A DNA stretch of 59,207 bases from Octopus bimaculoides. Taxonomy: Eukaryota. The stretch is from NCBI RefSeq assembly GCF_001194135.2, contig NC_068981.1, positions 56,007,162 through 56,066,368 of the forward strand, given 5' to 3'. The notes below the pieces were generated by a model. It saw nothing but the letters and a program-made list of their open reading frames with translations, had not been told where the DNA came from and did not search any database. This document shows positions 45,071-59,019 of the stretch, in pieces. A program made the position numbers and the translations under genes. Position 1 is the first letter of the stretch. Each line of letters starts with the position of its first letter.

Positions 45071-47992
45071 ATATATATAAGGTTTGCAGGCTGAAACTGT
45101 CTCCCTCGTTCTTGCAAAAGATTAATAAACATGTCCTCTGTTAAAAGTATTGAGTAATCTTTCAGACATAAAAACAAACATTAGCACACACAAATCATCA
45201 AAATAATTTGTTGTTGTTGCTTAGCCAAAGATCAGCCTTGACTGAACAGAATTATGATCAAAGGCACTGAAGCCATACCATTGCATCTTTTTCCATACCC
45301 AGAACAACATTGTCCAAAATGTTCTTCCCTTTTTTGTATGGCAATAAGATGTGATTTAGTTGCTATTTCTAGTAGGTTGAAACTCCACATAGATGTTCCC
45401 TTGATTTCTGTTTTTCTATGGTACATTTACTTGGCACAAATATTTATATAACAGGATAAATCCTCCTTTCTAGTTATAAATAATGTTTCTGCAAGATATA
45501 CCAAAGTATATTGAATAATCCTCTAAAATCCCTACTACCACAGTTTTTTTTTGTTCTCTATTTATGGCCATGCAATATCAACCCTATATTTTATTGTTTT
45601 GGGTTTGATTTATTGTTTTAACTTTATAATTATTTTGTTCTTCTGAATTTTTTTGTTGTCATATCTATTTTTGTCAGGAATGTTACCTACAAGTGCATGT
45701 GTGTGTGTGTGTGCACACGTGTGCGTGTTTTCAAGTGTTTAAGTGGGTGGATTAGTGTGTTGATGAAAACTGTTCCATTATAGCTATAGTATCATCACAA
45801 ATCTTTTAGAGTCTATTCTACTTGCCTTTTTTCTTACTTGAAAACAGATGGCGTTCTTGTTATATAGTAATTTAGTTTACTGAAAAGTGTAACATATTAA
45901 AATATGTAGAAGACATTTGAAGTTCAATATTCTGTTTTTTATTTTGATATTTAGTCAATAGGATGAGAGGAAAAGTAGGGCACAATATGAAATAGTAAAC
46001 AATATTTAGTTCTGTAATTCTATTTTCTGAGTTCAAACCCTACAAGATTTATAAAATAAACACCAGTCATGTGATTATATTTCTAACAAAATTACATTCT
46101 ATCTTAAATATCTTAAATTTCAAAATAATTAAAAAGTATGAGAGGTTTAGTTATATAATTAACTTTCAACCTAATGAAACATATTTGTTAATGAAATCTA
46201 ATGTTATTTTCATGTAATAATGAAATTAGTCTAAAATGCAAATTTAAACTTGAATACTTTGAGAAAGACAGTTTCATGTAGATTGGTCTTAAAAGGGTTA
46301 ACTGCTCATATATAACTTCCTCTACAAATTTGAATAAATGTGTCACATCTTGAGCTTCGTTTTGAGTTCAAATATTATAAGGATTAATAATTCATTTTTA
46401 TACCTTTTTAGATAAATCAAATGAGAATTAGCCATTCTATTGGAACTGATTAAAATTACATATATATGACAAGCTTTCACACCGTTTCTAACTACCAAAT
46501 TCACTCACATAGCATTGGTTGGTTCAAAGCTATAGTAGAAGACATTTGCCTGAGGTGTCATGCAATGGAACTGAACCTAAAACCACATGGTCATAAAGCA
46601 AGCTTATTAACCACATAGCCATGTTTATGCCATCTCAAGCAAGTGTAATATTTCCTAATCAAATATCAATTAAAGGGTAATTAGCTTAGTTGACTTCAGG
46701 AATAGAATACCCATACATTGGATTAGTTTTCTGGTACCTTCTACTCATCCATAGCTTTATTTGAACTCAGTACTTAATGACATGTAAGTCAATTATGTTG
46801 TGCCTACATTATAGCAATATAAATTAACTGGTACTTTATTTTATTGATTCTGTAGAATGGAAGGCAAAGTTGACCTTGGTAAGATTTGAACCTATTTCAT
46901 TTAGAGCTACCTTTTTCGTTCTAGAAGATAAGAACTTCGTGGACAGAATATAATGTTTTCATTTTCAATCTTAAAGACTGTGTTTATTATTGCTGTTTGT
47001 TAAAAATGATATTGATTTTCTTATCAAGACTATAGACTTGTAAGATATGTATAACTGACTGAAAGAACCTTAACATATTGACATGGAGAAATGTAAGGCA
47101 AGCTGGATTTTAATACAGTTTGATCTCAGTTAAAAATAAAATTCAAAGGAGTGTTTTGAGGCTTTTTCTTATAGAACCTAAACGACCACTTGAATTTTTT
47201 TTAATGTTAAATTATATTTTATATCATATGAATTCTCCTACTGCGTAAATTTTCTAAATTCAAGCTATTTGTGTTGATAGGTAGATATATATGGCTCAAA
47301 TTTAAATATATGGGTGGTATGAGATAATTAATTGACTGATGGCGCATTCCCATTAGATCTTAAATCTTACTAGTAAACACTAGCTGAGAATATAAATGCT
47401 ACAAAGAAGAACAGATCTTTTCTGTTAGTAGCAAGAATACTATATGATCAATGCTTCATCAGATTATTCTTTAGAGCTGACACTGATTTTTGCAAGCGTT
47501 ATTTGAATAATGGAATAATCTGGAAGACTGAAAGAATCTAAGGTGAAATATCAAAGAAAGTGAAAAGCTCATAATGAAACCCTGAATTAGAAGATTTATG
47601 GAATGAAGGCAATTAAGAAAGTATCAGGAAGATATCATTATTATAATACATATTATAATACTAAGACTATATAGAATAACTCTTACAGTTTTTTTTTATT
47701 GTCCAGTCTAATTTGTAATAGCTTAAAAACCGTGGTGAAAGCTACAGAAAGTTTATATATTACTTGTAAAATATATTGATTTCTTTAAATTAGATATAAA
47801 ATCAGTGTTTGCAGTTGCTTTGAATATAATTACCTGAAATGTCATTACAGTAGCCTGGGGATGACACATGCTATATGGGTGGAATTGGGTAGATAGAAAA
47901 TGTATAAGCCAGTCAAATGGACTGTACCTGTAATTTGAAGAGCTAGTCTTGGTATACTGTGCCATGCTGATTTTACTTGAGAATTCGATTAA

Positions 47993-48205
47993 CTCTTTAG
48001 CAATTAAACCAGCCATATTCAGCCCAAATATTCCATCTGTTTTATGTTTCAATTGGTCAGCTCTGGCCTCCTACACCTACCCAACAATGTCATTCTAAAA
48101 ATCACATCATTAAAATCTTGAAGCTATGAGATAATGCATGATTAATTCAAAACTATGTGAAAATAAAAGCCTTACATTTGACTGAGTAATCTGATGTTAA
48201 CGAGG
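47993..48205. mobile_element. piggyBac-type MITE (family A)
   Basis: TTAA|CTCTTTAGCA start; internal similarity to 7547-7752; right end degraded. Confidence 0.55.
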
Positions 48206-48859
48206 GACACATGTTTGTAAAATACTCAACCATTTCAAACATTAATTCAATGAGTAGGTCATTTAGTTGATTGAACAACTGGATGCTCAGCATATGCTAA
48301 AACTGACAAGAAAGCCAACCATTTTATAGACCTGAAGGAAATAAAAGACAATGTTAAACTTAAAAAGTAGAAGATATAACTAAATATTACAAGTCGTTTA
48401 TTCTGATCTGACACAGCCTAGATAGCAAAAATATTGGCATCAAGGTAATTGCAAAGATGTAAATGACATTTTGAATTAGAGATGCATAAATTAAAATCTC
48501 TTAACATGACAAATGTTCTGTCTTGAGAGATTTCATGCATTTAAAATTGTGCAAAACCCAGATAATTAACAGTTGGAGATATGACGGAAAATGTGAATGA
48601 CTGATTTATTATAAAGAAACCCTATTCATAGCTATCAACATAAAATCTTAAGTTGTTGATGAAGAAAGACTCTTCATGAATGCATTTCTCTAATTTAAAG
48701 TTTCAAGTGTCATTTTATTTATTTATTAAAACACCTAATAAATGAATAAGTGTTTCTTTTTCAACTTATGGATCTTGTGATAAAAACTACAATGTACTCA
48801 GTAGAGTTCACTGCATCCTTTAAGAAAGGTAAATTATTTAAATTACATAACAAAAAAAG

Positions 48860-49035
48860 GTGCAGGCATGGCTGTGTGGTCGGGAAGTTTGGTTCCCAAC
48901 CACATGGTTCCAGGTTCAGTCTCACTGCATGGCACCTTAAGCAAGTGTCTTCTGAAGCCTCAGGCTAGCCAAAGCCTTGTGTGTGGATTTAGTAGATGGA
49001 AATGAAAGCAACCCATCGTGTGTGTGTGTGTGTAT
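48860..49035 (+). mobile_element. tRNA/CORE-type SINE 5' part ending in (GT)n
   Basis: GGTGCAGGCATGGCTGTGTGG...GGTTCAGTCTCACTGCATGGCACCTTAAGCAAGTGTCTT. Confidence 0.6.
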
Positions 49036-51420
49036 TTATATATGTATGTATACTTTATGGTCCTGAAAGGATAGAAAATTGGAGTATTTCCAATGCACCT
49101 GAACTCAAGGCTTTCTACACTCTTGAATAGGAGTCTCAAGGAAGATGGAAATACTGCTGGAGAAAATCCAGGTATCACCCTGCTAAATCTAATGCAGTGG
49201 ACCTAGCGAAAAGTAAAATATAATTCAAATGAGACAAAGAAAGAGTTTAGCATATTTTTAATGACTAGTAACAATTCTTTTGGTATCACTTTGTTTTTAA
49301 TGCCAATGCATGCAAAAAGTTATGTAAATTTTGTAATTTTTCACATTAGAGTGACACTTTATCAGATTTGCATCAAAAGGTGTGCTTTTACATTGTGTAT
49401 CTGTCTAGCATTTTATATTGTATATGATATTGGGAGTGAACGATAAATGTCGCCCTTTCAAAGCATAGCCAGGCTCATGGGCCTGGTTTCCCAGTTTCTA
49501 TGGCGTATGTGTTCCTCCAGGCTGGACGGGACACCAGTCTATCACGGCGTTACTCAAGAAACAGGAAGAAACAGTGAGAAAAAGTTGGGGCGAAAGAGTA
49601 CAACAGGGGTCGCCACCATCCCCTGCCGGAGCCTCGTGGAGCTTAGGTGTTTTCGCTCAATATAAATTAAGAATAAAAATGGTAAAATAACAGATACCCC
49701 TTAGACAATAATGATAATGCCAAATAAAATAAAAATAGCATTAGAAGAAGGAGGAGGATGATGATGAGGAGGAGGGGGGGGATCCTGCTGAGGTCAACTC
49801 TGTCTTTCATCTTTTCAAGGTTGATAAAATCCAGAGTGGATTGGAAGAACTGCCAAAAGGTCAGATTGGATGTCTTGGGGCATTTGTTCTAGCCCATTGC
49901 ATTTTGAGTCCAAATCCCACCATGGCTTACTTGGGTGGTAGACTTAATTTGTTTCTCAGTTAAATCTCCATTACCTAGCACCTTGGGTGCAAGATTCACT
50001 CCATCAAAAGCATTTGGGTCAGGTCTCTGGGTTGATGTTACCTTCCTACTTACTAGTCTTGGAGGACCTATAAAGAATTAAAGACATTGCATTCCCCCTT
50101 GACTAAAAAAGGAAAAAAGAAAGAAAAAAAATGTAGGCATGGACACACTGGAGAATGTTTTTTCAAACATGTGCATGACATTAATGCAGGTTTGGCATGA
50201 GTGATCTAGGTTGCATATAAATAAAGCTTGGGTGAAGAGGGTTTGGGAAAAATGATGGGTCTTATATGAAGACATATTAGATAATATAGTCCTAAAATAG
50301 AAATAACTGTACATTATACATCAAAAGCCTGCATATTTATGGTTGACATTGGACTACTACAACAATAACAGCAACTTCTCTCTCTCCCCGCAGGACTGGC
50401 AATAACCTAGGATAACATCGTCGGTCACTGATTCCCAGGCTTGCACAAACTTTATTCTGATTCAATGGAATGAACGCCAGTCCCTCAAATACCATTCTCG
50501 TAGTAGATAAAGAGGGAACGTCATTGAAGACGTATGAAATTCTTTAAGTGGAATTGACCAAATCAGAAGAATCTCCTATTTTCAATGTATATAACGGCTC
50601 CATCGTTAACAAAATCATTCTATCGATCTCAGCAGCGCGAACATATAAGCCTACCTGATCAGAATTAAAAGGCATTATGATTAAGCAAAGCTGAACAAGA
50701 TCTGGCAGGTGAAATAGTCCTCATCCCACTTTTTCTTTCACGTTAGCCGCATAGTCCCTTTAGAAAGACATTAACTTTACTCTTCCTCTAAAATGTGTAA
50801 TCAAAAAGGCTCCCGCCCGATATTGTCAACTGTTCATTCCAGAACCGCAACATATTTCGTGGGTACGTTTCGTTGAATCTTGATTTCTAACACAAGCACA
50901 AGGTCTCAAGTACGGGAAAGGGTTTGGTCAATTTAATCAACTCCTGCACTTAAATGATACTTATTTCATCGACCCCGAAAGAATGAAACGAGATTCGAAC
51001 TCAGAACGCAAATGTAAGCAACTAAATACCACAAGTTGTTTCGTTCAATGTTCTCGGTATATGAAAAGTTAAATATCGTTATTTTTTACTTACAGTATTT
51101 TTGAAGTCGTTAAAAGAAAGAAAAAAAAATCTTTATCTTCCCACTCATCCTCCTGTACAAACGAGCGACAAGTCGCTCCGGCTTTATTTACATATTGTTA
51201 GCATTTGATAGTTATATTTAAAACTATGTTAATCCTATAATCTTCTATCATCAGTACCGGCGAGTTACTGCTACACTTACTCTTAGCTGTATGAGTGTTA
51301 CAGGTAAACAATTTAGCTAGAAAAAGAAAAGAAAAAAAGTATCATCATTCGGAAAGGGAAGTTCCCGTTTCGGTAGTGAATGTCAGTCACGTGGTTTTGT
51401 TTGTCGATTTCAAGGTCAAG

Positions 51421-51940
51421 ATGGCGGCGGCGGCTGCAGCAGCTGGTGCTAGTGTCTCGCGTTCGGGTCTCTACGAAGTCTATTTCCGACAACAATGGTG
51501 TTTGGTTTATGTGTCTCTTACCGAAGAATCCTTGGTGCTTACCTTGGACGAAAACCCAGACGCTTCATCCATTGCCAACGGAGTCAGCAATGGCGTTTCG
51601 GACATCAACGAGAAAGACATATCTAGCGGGGCACCGCTGATGCTCCGTAATGTCTGTGGTGGACCCTCTAATTTACCGGATGGCATTACTGGACAGAAAC
51701 GAATTGTTCGTGTGATCAAAGAAGAAGCAAACGGGCTGGGTATTAGTATAAAAGGTGGGAAGGAAAACAAAATGCCTATTTTAATTAGTAAGATTTTTAA
51801 GAGTATGGCTGCTGACAAAACGGAGAAATTGTATGTCGGTGATGCTATAATATCTGTGAATGGAGAAGATTTACGGGATGCTACACACGACGAAGCTGTC
51901 AAAGCATTGAAAAAGGCCGGTAAAGAAGTCACGCTGGAAG
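51421..51940 (+). CDS. SNTB1: Beta-syntrophin-like protein, coding exon 1 (N-terminal split-PH part plus PDZ domain); gene continues beyond the window
   Basis: [29 protein letters not shown], then [65 protein letters not shown]. Phase-1 donor G|GTAAGG at 51941. ATG lies in CAAGATGGCG context. Assignment to SNTB1 rather than SNTA1/SNTB2 is nominal for an invertebrate. Confidence 0.9.
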
Positions 51941-53940
51941 GTAAGGTTTTATAGTGGTATTTTCCCTCTTTGTTGACTGAAAAAGACATCACCTAGCTCG
52001 CATTAAGTATATTTTAGTTATGACAAAGTTATGTCTGTCTTTCGTTCTTCCTCTGTAATAGTACACTCTTTTACACATTCAACCTATATGTTCTTTTTGA
52101 GTTTGCAAGGATCCAAAACTGGGTGCCCATTTAAGTTAACTAGAATGTGTAAAACTTCGTTGTCGACTCGTGTAATGCATTCTGATTTTGAGTTACTTCT
52201 CGGCCTTTTGGCTTAGATCAAAGTGTAATATTAGAGTTATTGTAGAGTAGAGATATTTTTCTTTACTCGCATATTCCCTTTTTATATAGCCTAATAATTC
52301 CCATATTTCGTCTCCTAAAATGTTATTAAAAAAACTAAAATAATTGCTATTAACAATGTAAGGGTGGATACCGGGTGCAGTAGTGTTTTCGGTGATTGGA
52401 ATCGGCAACTCGAACCATACTGCACAGTTGGAACTGCTTCATATCCCTTATACTTTAAAGAAACACATGAATCTCATAACTTCGATCTGAAAAGGGTAGT
52501 TTTTTTTTTTTTTGTTAAAACTTTTATTATTGTTACAATCTACTATTTATACATCGCACTAAGTTTCTTATTTCTCAAATGAGAGGGAAAAAATGAAATG
52601 AACAACAACACAAACACAGCTGAAAAACAAACAAACCCGAAACTCAATTCTAATTTGACATTCATTCTAAATTAAAACTGACAGTTATGGGTTCTTCAGA
52701 ATTGTACGAACTTCCGACCGAATTAGAAATATCAAGTGTTTTTATTTTCTTCTTTAAGTCCTACGAATGAGTTATGTATGTCAAAGAAACGAAGATGCAG
52801 ACTCACACACATCTTTAAAGATATAAAATATCCAGAGAGAGAGAAAGGTAGATAGACAGAGAGATAGAGAGAGAGGGGGGTAGGTAGGTAGAAAGAGAGA
52901 GAGAGAAAGAGGGGGTAGGTAGGTAGAAAGAGAGAGGGAGAGAGTATGTTGGTAGAAAGAGAAATTACAAAGAAGCAAAAGAGAATTCTACACTTCGGAC
53001 AGTGGTCCTTCGTCACGGACAGAAAACGAAGGAAAACAACGTGAAAAAAAAAAAAAGATTCGTTTGCGAATAACACTGTCCAAAGAATTCTCTGTTTCTT
53101 TCCTCAAGTAATTATATATTTAATTCTGTTCATATGTTTTTCGGATGGCTCTGCTTGGTTATTATTATTATGCTGATGTAGATTAACCTGATAACCATTG
53201 TATTTATAATTCATGATATGCGTGTGAGAGGAAGAACGAAATATTTAGTGACATTGTTGTCACGTATTGGGTCGGGTGGGAAGACGTTCACATACATTCC
53301 TGTCTTGTTTTGTCAAAATAACTCGCATGTTGAAAGTATCGCCTCGAACTACTGCATTGTATCTGTGCTGTAATTTTTTTTTTACCAAATCCTTTGACTA
53401 ATAATTACTATAAATGAACTGAAAACAAGCATCTGTGCACACAAAACGTGTTTAAAATTTTAAATATATAAATCATATAGAGATATTTCAAACAGGAGAA
53501 ACGAATCTCAATGCATGAAATATAGTACTTATATTTTTATTGACTGAGGAGCTACAGTGACTCAAGCTCATACACACACATATACTTTTACTGGTTTTAG
53601 TCATTGGACGGGACCATGCTGTAGCACCGCTTCAAAGGTACCGTCGACCATATCGGCTTCAGTATTTTTTAAAGTCAGGTACTTATTTTATCGATCTCTA
53701 TTTGCAGAAACATGTTAGAGGATATAACCAAGAGTATCGATTCTCAAACTGTGCAAACGTAAACACTGATACAAATCTGCACACACTCATATTTATGTAC
53801 ATACACGCGCGCACACACGTTTATATAGCTATATATATATATATCTATCTATATATATATATATATATAGTCTGGTGCAACCCTTCAGCTTACCATCTTA
53901 CCGTCCAACCCATGGACGTCGGACGTTAAATGATGATACT

Positions 53941-55490
53941 GCTAGTTTCATGAGACATAGATTTCTGCTTGGATAGTTTTGCAGTAGCTTCAGTGACTAT
54001 AGAGACCCACATGTAAATGATAGTCCCATCTGCAGTGACTGCATTTGAAGATACTGTTCTTTCTATTCTAGTCATGTCTTGGTGCTGTTTGTTTTTTTTT
54101 CTGTTGATTTTACTTCTCTTCATTATGAAGCTTCAGCCTCTCCTTGTTTTCTTTTCAAACTCTTTTCTAGTTCCTGTCTCTAGTGGGGCAATTATTATTA
54201 ATACTCTTCTTCCTTTCAGTGTTCATATATGGAGAATTCATGTCTTTCTCACATCTTTGAAATAAAGATGAGGCCACCTCTAGGTTCTTTTGACAGAAGC
54301 CAGTTCATCCTACAGCAAATCTTCTGGGATCCTCCTATCTGACATGTAGTGCATAGGGCCTAGGGCATTGTTGGTGCACTAGGATGAAAAGGTTAGGTAT
54401 CTGTGTGTGTGTGCTAGGACTTCATTGTTTGTGATTCAGTCCACTTGTAGTGTATGCAGAAGGCATTGAGATAGTGTTATTGGAATCGATGCTTCAGGTT
54501 TCATTACCAAAAAGCAGTATGCTGAGGATGCATGTTCTGTAAAGTGCAACCTTTAGTGTGTGCGCCATTTGGTTACTGGTCTCCCAGACTCTCATTATCA
54601 GCCCATCTAGTGTTGAGACTGCTCTTCCAATAGGTCTGTTGATCTCAAACTCTAGAGGGGGTTATTCATATTGGTGGTGCTGTGGCATATGAACTCCTGC
54701 ACTATCTCCAGCTTGTAGTTGTTGATGACCCAGCTCTTTTGTCTTTTTCAGACAAGTAGTGAAACTGAGGTTGTGACTGGCTCTTGTGAGATTGTCTATG
54801 AGACATTGCAGTTGCTCTTCTGTGTGTGCTGTTAGTACTTAGTCATCTGGAAACATATACCTGATGAGTACTTTGGTTTTTGCCTTCATTCAAGACAGAC
54901 CAAACATTTTCCTGTTTGATCTTATGTGAAGGTAGATACTGTCAGTTAATGCTCCAATAGTGTGCATCAGCATAACAATGAAGAAAATACCAAACTGAGT
55001 TGCGGGGAGCACCACAACCCTGTTTCATTTCAATGTGAATACTAAAGGATTCTAAGAAAGAGCCATCAAACTGTCTGATGCTGTTCATATCTATGTGGAA
55101 CGAATGAACAATCTTGAGTTACCTTGGACTGCACTCAATCTTCACAAAGATTCTGAACAACTTGTCTCTATTCATAAGTTAGAGGCCTTCATGAGATCAG
55201 TGAAAGTGATTAGAGTCATTATCTTTGCTCTCTGCATTTTTCTTGTAGTTGCTGAAGGGAGATCATGCCAATTGTGGAGTGATCCGAAGCTACACTGAGA
55301 CTCAGGATATATCCTTTCAGTGATTTTCTGCCATCTGTTTAGGACCATACAAGGGAAGATCTTCCCAGCAATGCTTAGCTAGGATATTTAACTATAGTTG
55401 TTGCAATCACGTCTGCCCTCTCTTTTCTTTTGTAGGGAAACAATATTGCAGTCTCTCTTGCACTGGCACAGTAGTTGATGTAGGTGGAAG
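53941..55490 (-). mobile_element. Decayed BovB-like RTE LINE in syntrophin intron 1
   Basis: Minus-strand KQGC(RT) region through to a C-terminal Cys/His motif (FKCSHCRWDYHLHVGLYSH); frameshifted; distinct from the GRPRKTW family. Confidence 0.65.
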
Positions 55491-55646
55491 TTTGATTCAC
55501 CTCCATGCAACTTAAAGTTTGCAGGCTTCTTACAGAAACCTGGCTTGGATTACTGAATGAAGAAATACAGGAAGTTCAATATAGCTACTGGAAAATAGGC
55601 TGCTATTGGTCAAGGTGGGTCACAACCACTTTAGTATTGGTTGATG

Positions 55647-55928
55647 GTGCCAGTGCCGCTGGACTGGCTCCTGTGCAGGTGGCACGTAAAATACACCATT
55701 TTGAGCATGGCCATTGCCAGTACCACCTGACTGGCCTTCGTGCTGGTGGCACGTAAAAGCACCCATTACACTCTTGGAGTGGTTGGCATTAGGAAGGGCA
55801 TCCAGCTGTAGAAACTCTGCCAAATCAGATTGGAGCCTGGTGTAGCCATCCGGTTCACCAGTCCTCAGTCAAATCGTCCAACCCATGCTAGCATGGAAAG
55901 CGGACGTTAAACGATGATGATGATGATG
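55647..55928 (+). mobile_element. Young RTE 3'UTR/tail copy
   Basis: The terminal ~130 bp differ at only a few positions from 15820-15947; (GAT)n tail. Confidence 0.85.
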
Positions 55929-58285
55929 CATTCTGTGAAATAGTTTGTGGTTGAAAGAGCATCCAAACCAAGCAAAAAGTGAAATGCATGTGTAAGTTCT
56001 CATTCTTCAACCTGTCTAGGAGGGCAGAAACTCTGAATAAAAACTGATAACCTGTTCAGTTCATGCCAGTATGAAAAGCATAGAAGTAGGATGATGTTGA
56101 TACACTACTGCAAAAATGTTATCTTATAGATAACAGTATTTGGCAGTGATAGGATTTTGTTTGTAGAGCTTGTTTAGTATATGATTTTGCATTAAGGTCA
56201 ATGGGATACACACAAAGATTAAGAAATCCCTTTAGCATTTAAATGATATATACAAAATTATTTTCATTTTATTTTATTACAATTTTGTTTTCATCATTTT
56301 TTAACACATGGAAGGCAGACGTTAAATGATGACGATGATGATATTTTAAATTTTTAACCTTCTCTTTGCTACTTTGCTGTGAATATCTTTTTAAACATAC
56401 ACACACACATTGATGTTTGTTTTTATGTTATAATAAAAACAATTTCACATTAAACTGAAGGATTACTCAATGCTTTTGGTAGAGTTCAAATTATTCAAGA
56501 ATAGTATTGACAGTGACTGTGAAGTTTTGGTTAGCTAAGCCATAACTGGACAGTCCGATGATGGCTGAAACTTCAAAGTTGTGTCAGTGCAATTCTTGTT
56601 AAAAAATTCTCTCTCTCTTTCTACCCACCCACCCTGTTCAAAACAAAAGTAAAATTTGTCTTGAAACTTAGTGGTTTGACAAAGAAACATTGATCAAATA
56701 AGTACCAGACTTAAATACGTACTTCTGTTGATATAATCAACCAAAAAATTCTTGGAGGCAGTATCCTAGCATACTGTAGGCCAATGACTGGAACTAGAAA
56801 AAGAATGCTAACTCAATGTTAAAATTGTTTTATGGCAAACAATAAAAAGACATCAACGTTTTCTACTCTACTGAGCATGAAATAAATTACTTGATTTCTT
56901 TTTTGTTATATTCTTTCAAAATGTAAGGATTTATTCATTTCTAATTCTTGTCAAGACAAGAATGATTATATCTCTTGTGTGAGCACCAAGCACTAATACT
57001 GCTGGTTAAAGCTACTATTGTCATTTTCTGTCATATCTCTTTTACATCTCCACAAAGGTCTGCATACTTATTTTTGTGGTCAATTTATTTTTTCAGTGCA
57101 AGATTCAACTGAATATTTATCCCTTGTCCCTTAATCAGCTTTATAAGAAGACGGAGTTGATATGTTTGTTAGTGGATATTAGTTCATGTATGAATTATTC
57201 ATTTCTAGTTCTTGTCAAGACAAGAATGATTATATATCTTGGTTAAATTTGTTTTACAATATAACGCAATTTTTAAAGTTCCATATTAACATTATTCATG
57301 ATGATGATGTGTTAGTAAATATAGTGATGAGTCTATTTTTGATCAAGCAAGCAGAAAGTAGAGATGTTACACAACTTTAGTACAGCAAGTTGAATAAGAG
57401 AGCATTGTGGAATGGATTGCAGAGAAATCTACCAGTATTTTCTTAATCCATTAACTTCATGTGAAGCATAGGGTGCCATCAAGAGATCTCCATGTGTCTT
57501 GATCTTTGGCAAAGGATTGCAGTTGTGCCCAAGTTAGCCACTTACCAGTGTTTCATTTTTGTGAAGCTTCTAAGGAATTTCTTGATACATTAAAATGACA
57601 ATAATGAGTAAGATACTCACTGATCATCTTTAAAGGATCATTGTATTTGTTTTCAGGATGATTAATATGTAGCTTGATGAGTGACAATTAGGGGAAAAAA
57701 AACAAAAGCAAAACAAAGTAGAAAGCAATGGACTAAAAGTCAGTAAAGTATAGCTAGTTGGAGAGGAACTGGAAGTTGAATTAAATGAGAATTGAGAGTA
57801 TGTTAAGTTTTATTAGTATTGATGTGACTTGGTAGTAATTGGCAGTTTAAGAGAATTAATCTTTTGTAGAACTGTGATTTAGGGTGGTAAAAATGGCAAA
57901 GCACTAGACTGAATGTATTTAGTTCTATATCTTTGTATATTGTGTTCAAGTCTCGCTGGGCTTGTCTTTGTCTTTCATCATGTGGATCTATGAAATAGTA
58001 TCGGTCATATACTGGGGTTGATTTAATTGAGTATACTTTCCCCTACAAATTACCTTGTGCCAATATAAGAAATTTTTTCTATTCTTGCCTATTGTGAAAG
58101 TTTGATTTGTTGTAACTGAGAGATTTATGTTTCTGATTTTCAAACTTGTATACTATCTGTACAAATTAACCAGAGATTGGAAACTTGTTACAGCTGTTCA
58201 AATTTTGGCTTCGAATTATATTTAAAAAAATGTACTCTTCTTCATGTATGAAGTACTTTTTACCTTCTTGTCTGCAATTCCAAAT

Positions 58286-58355
58286 GTCCTCAGTCAAATC
58301 GTCCAACCCATGCTAGCATGGAAAGCGGATGTTAAACGATGATGATGTTGATGAT
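58286..58355 (+). mobile_element. Very short 5'-truncated RTE tail
   Basis: GTCCTCAGTCAAATCGTCCAACCCATGCTAGCATGGAAAGCGGATGTTAAAC(GAT)n. Confidence 0.8.
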
Positions 58356-58384
58356 ATTTATCTTCAATATAACAAATATGCACC

Positions 58385-58387
<3 letters not shown>

Positions 58388-58427
<40 letters not shown>
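58388..58427. repeat. (AT)n microsatellite
   Basis: About 20 AT units. Confidence 0.95.
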
Positions 58428-58431
<4 letters not shown>

Positions 58432-58960
58432 TCCATTTTCCATACTAGTATAGGTTGGACGATTTGACAGGAGCTGTCCAGACTCCAATTGTCTGTTTGG
58501 GCATGGTTTCTATGGCTGGATGCCCTTCCTAACACCAACCACTTTACAGAGTGTGCTTGGTGCTATTTACATTCTACTGGGAACATTTGTGCAGGACTGG
58601 CATGGGTGCATTTAATGTGACACCATCACCTGCAAAGGACATACCTGTGTGTATAGATGACCATGATTTTACTTTGTTTGATGTATCTTCTCAAGTCCAG
58701 CAAATCACCACAACTTCCAGTTCCTTGTCATTTCTTCAGTAAAGCCCACCATCTGAAGATTCTTTCTTGCCACTTTGTCCTATGCATTTTTGGGTCTAAC
58801 CTTCCACAGGTTTCTTCCACAATTAGAAATCAACACTTCTTTAAGCAGCAGTCCTCATCCAAATGCATCACATAACCAAACCAGTGCAGTCTTCTCTCTT
58901 GCACACATTTGATGCCTCTTATACCAGTTTTCCTCTTAAATCATTTGCACTCTGTCATTT
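58428..58960 (-). mobile_element. Older RTE 3' end
   Basis: GTCCATTTTCCAT...GGTTGGACGATTTGACAGGAGC tail plus ORF C-terminus remnant. Confidence 0.6.
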
Positions 58961-58988
58961 GTACACAAAAGTGTTTTCACATAAAAAT

Positions 58989-59019
<31 letters not shown>

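Noticed and set aside
50400-50700. Possible pogo-like transposase C-terminal remnant on the minus strand (FVQAWESVTDDVI...CG)
   Set aside because: A single short motif is insufficient
56545-56575. CCGATGA-TGGCT-GAAAC resembling a hammerhead ribozyme core; also CTGATGA...GAAA at ~12528
   Set aside because: Core mismatch and no valid stem II or III
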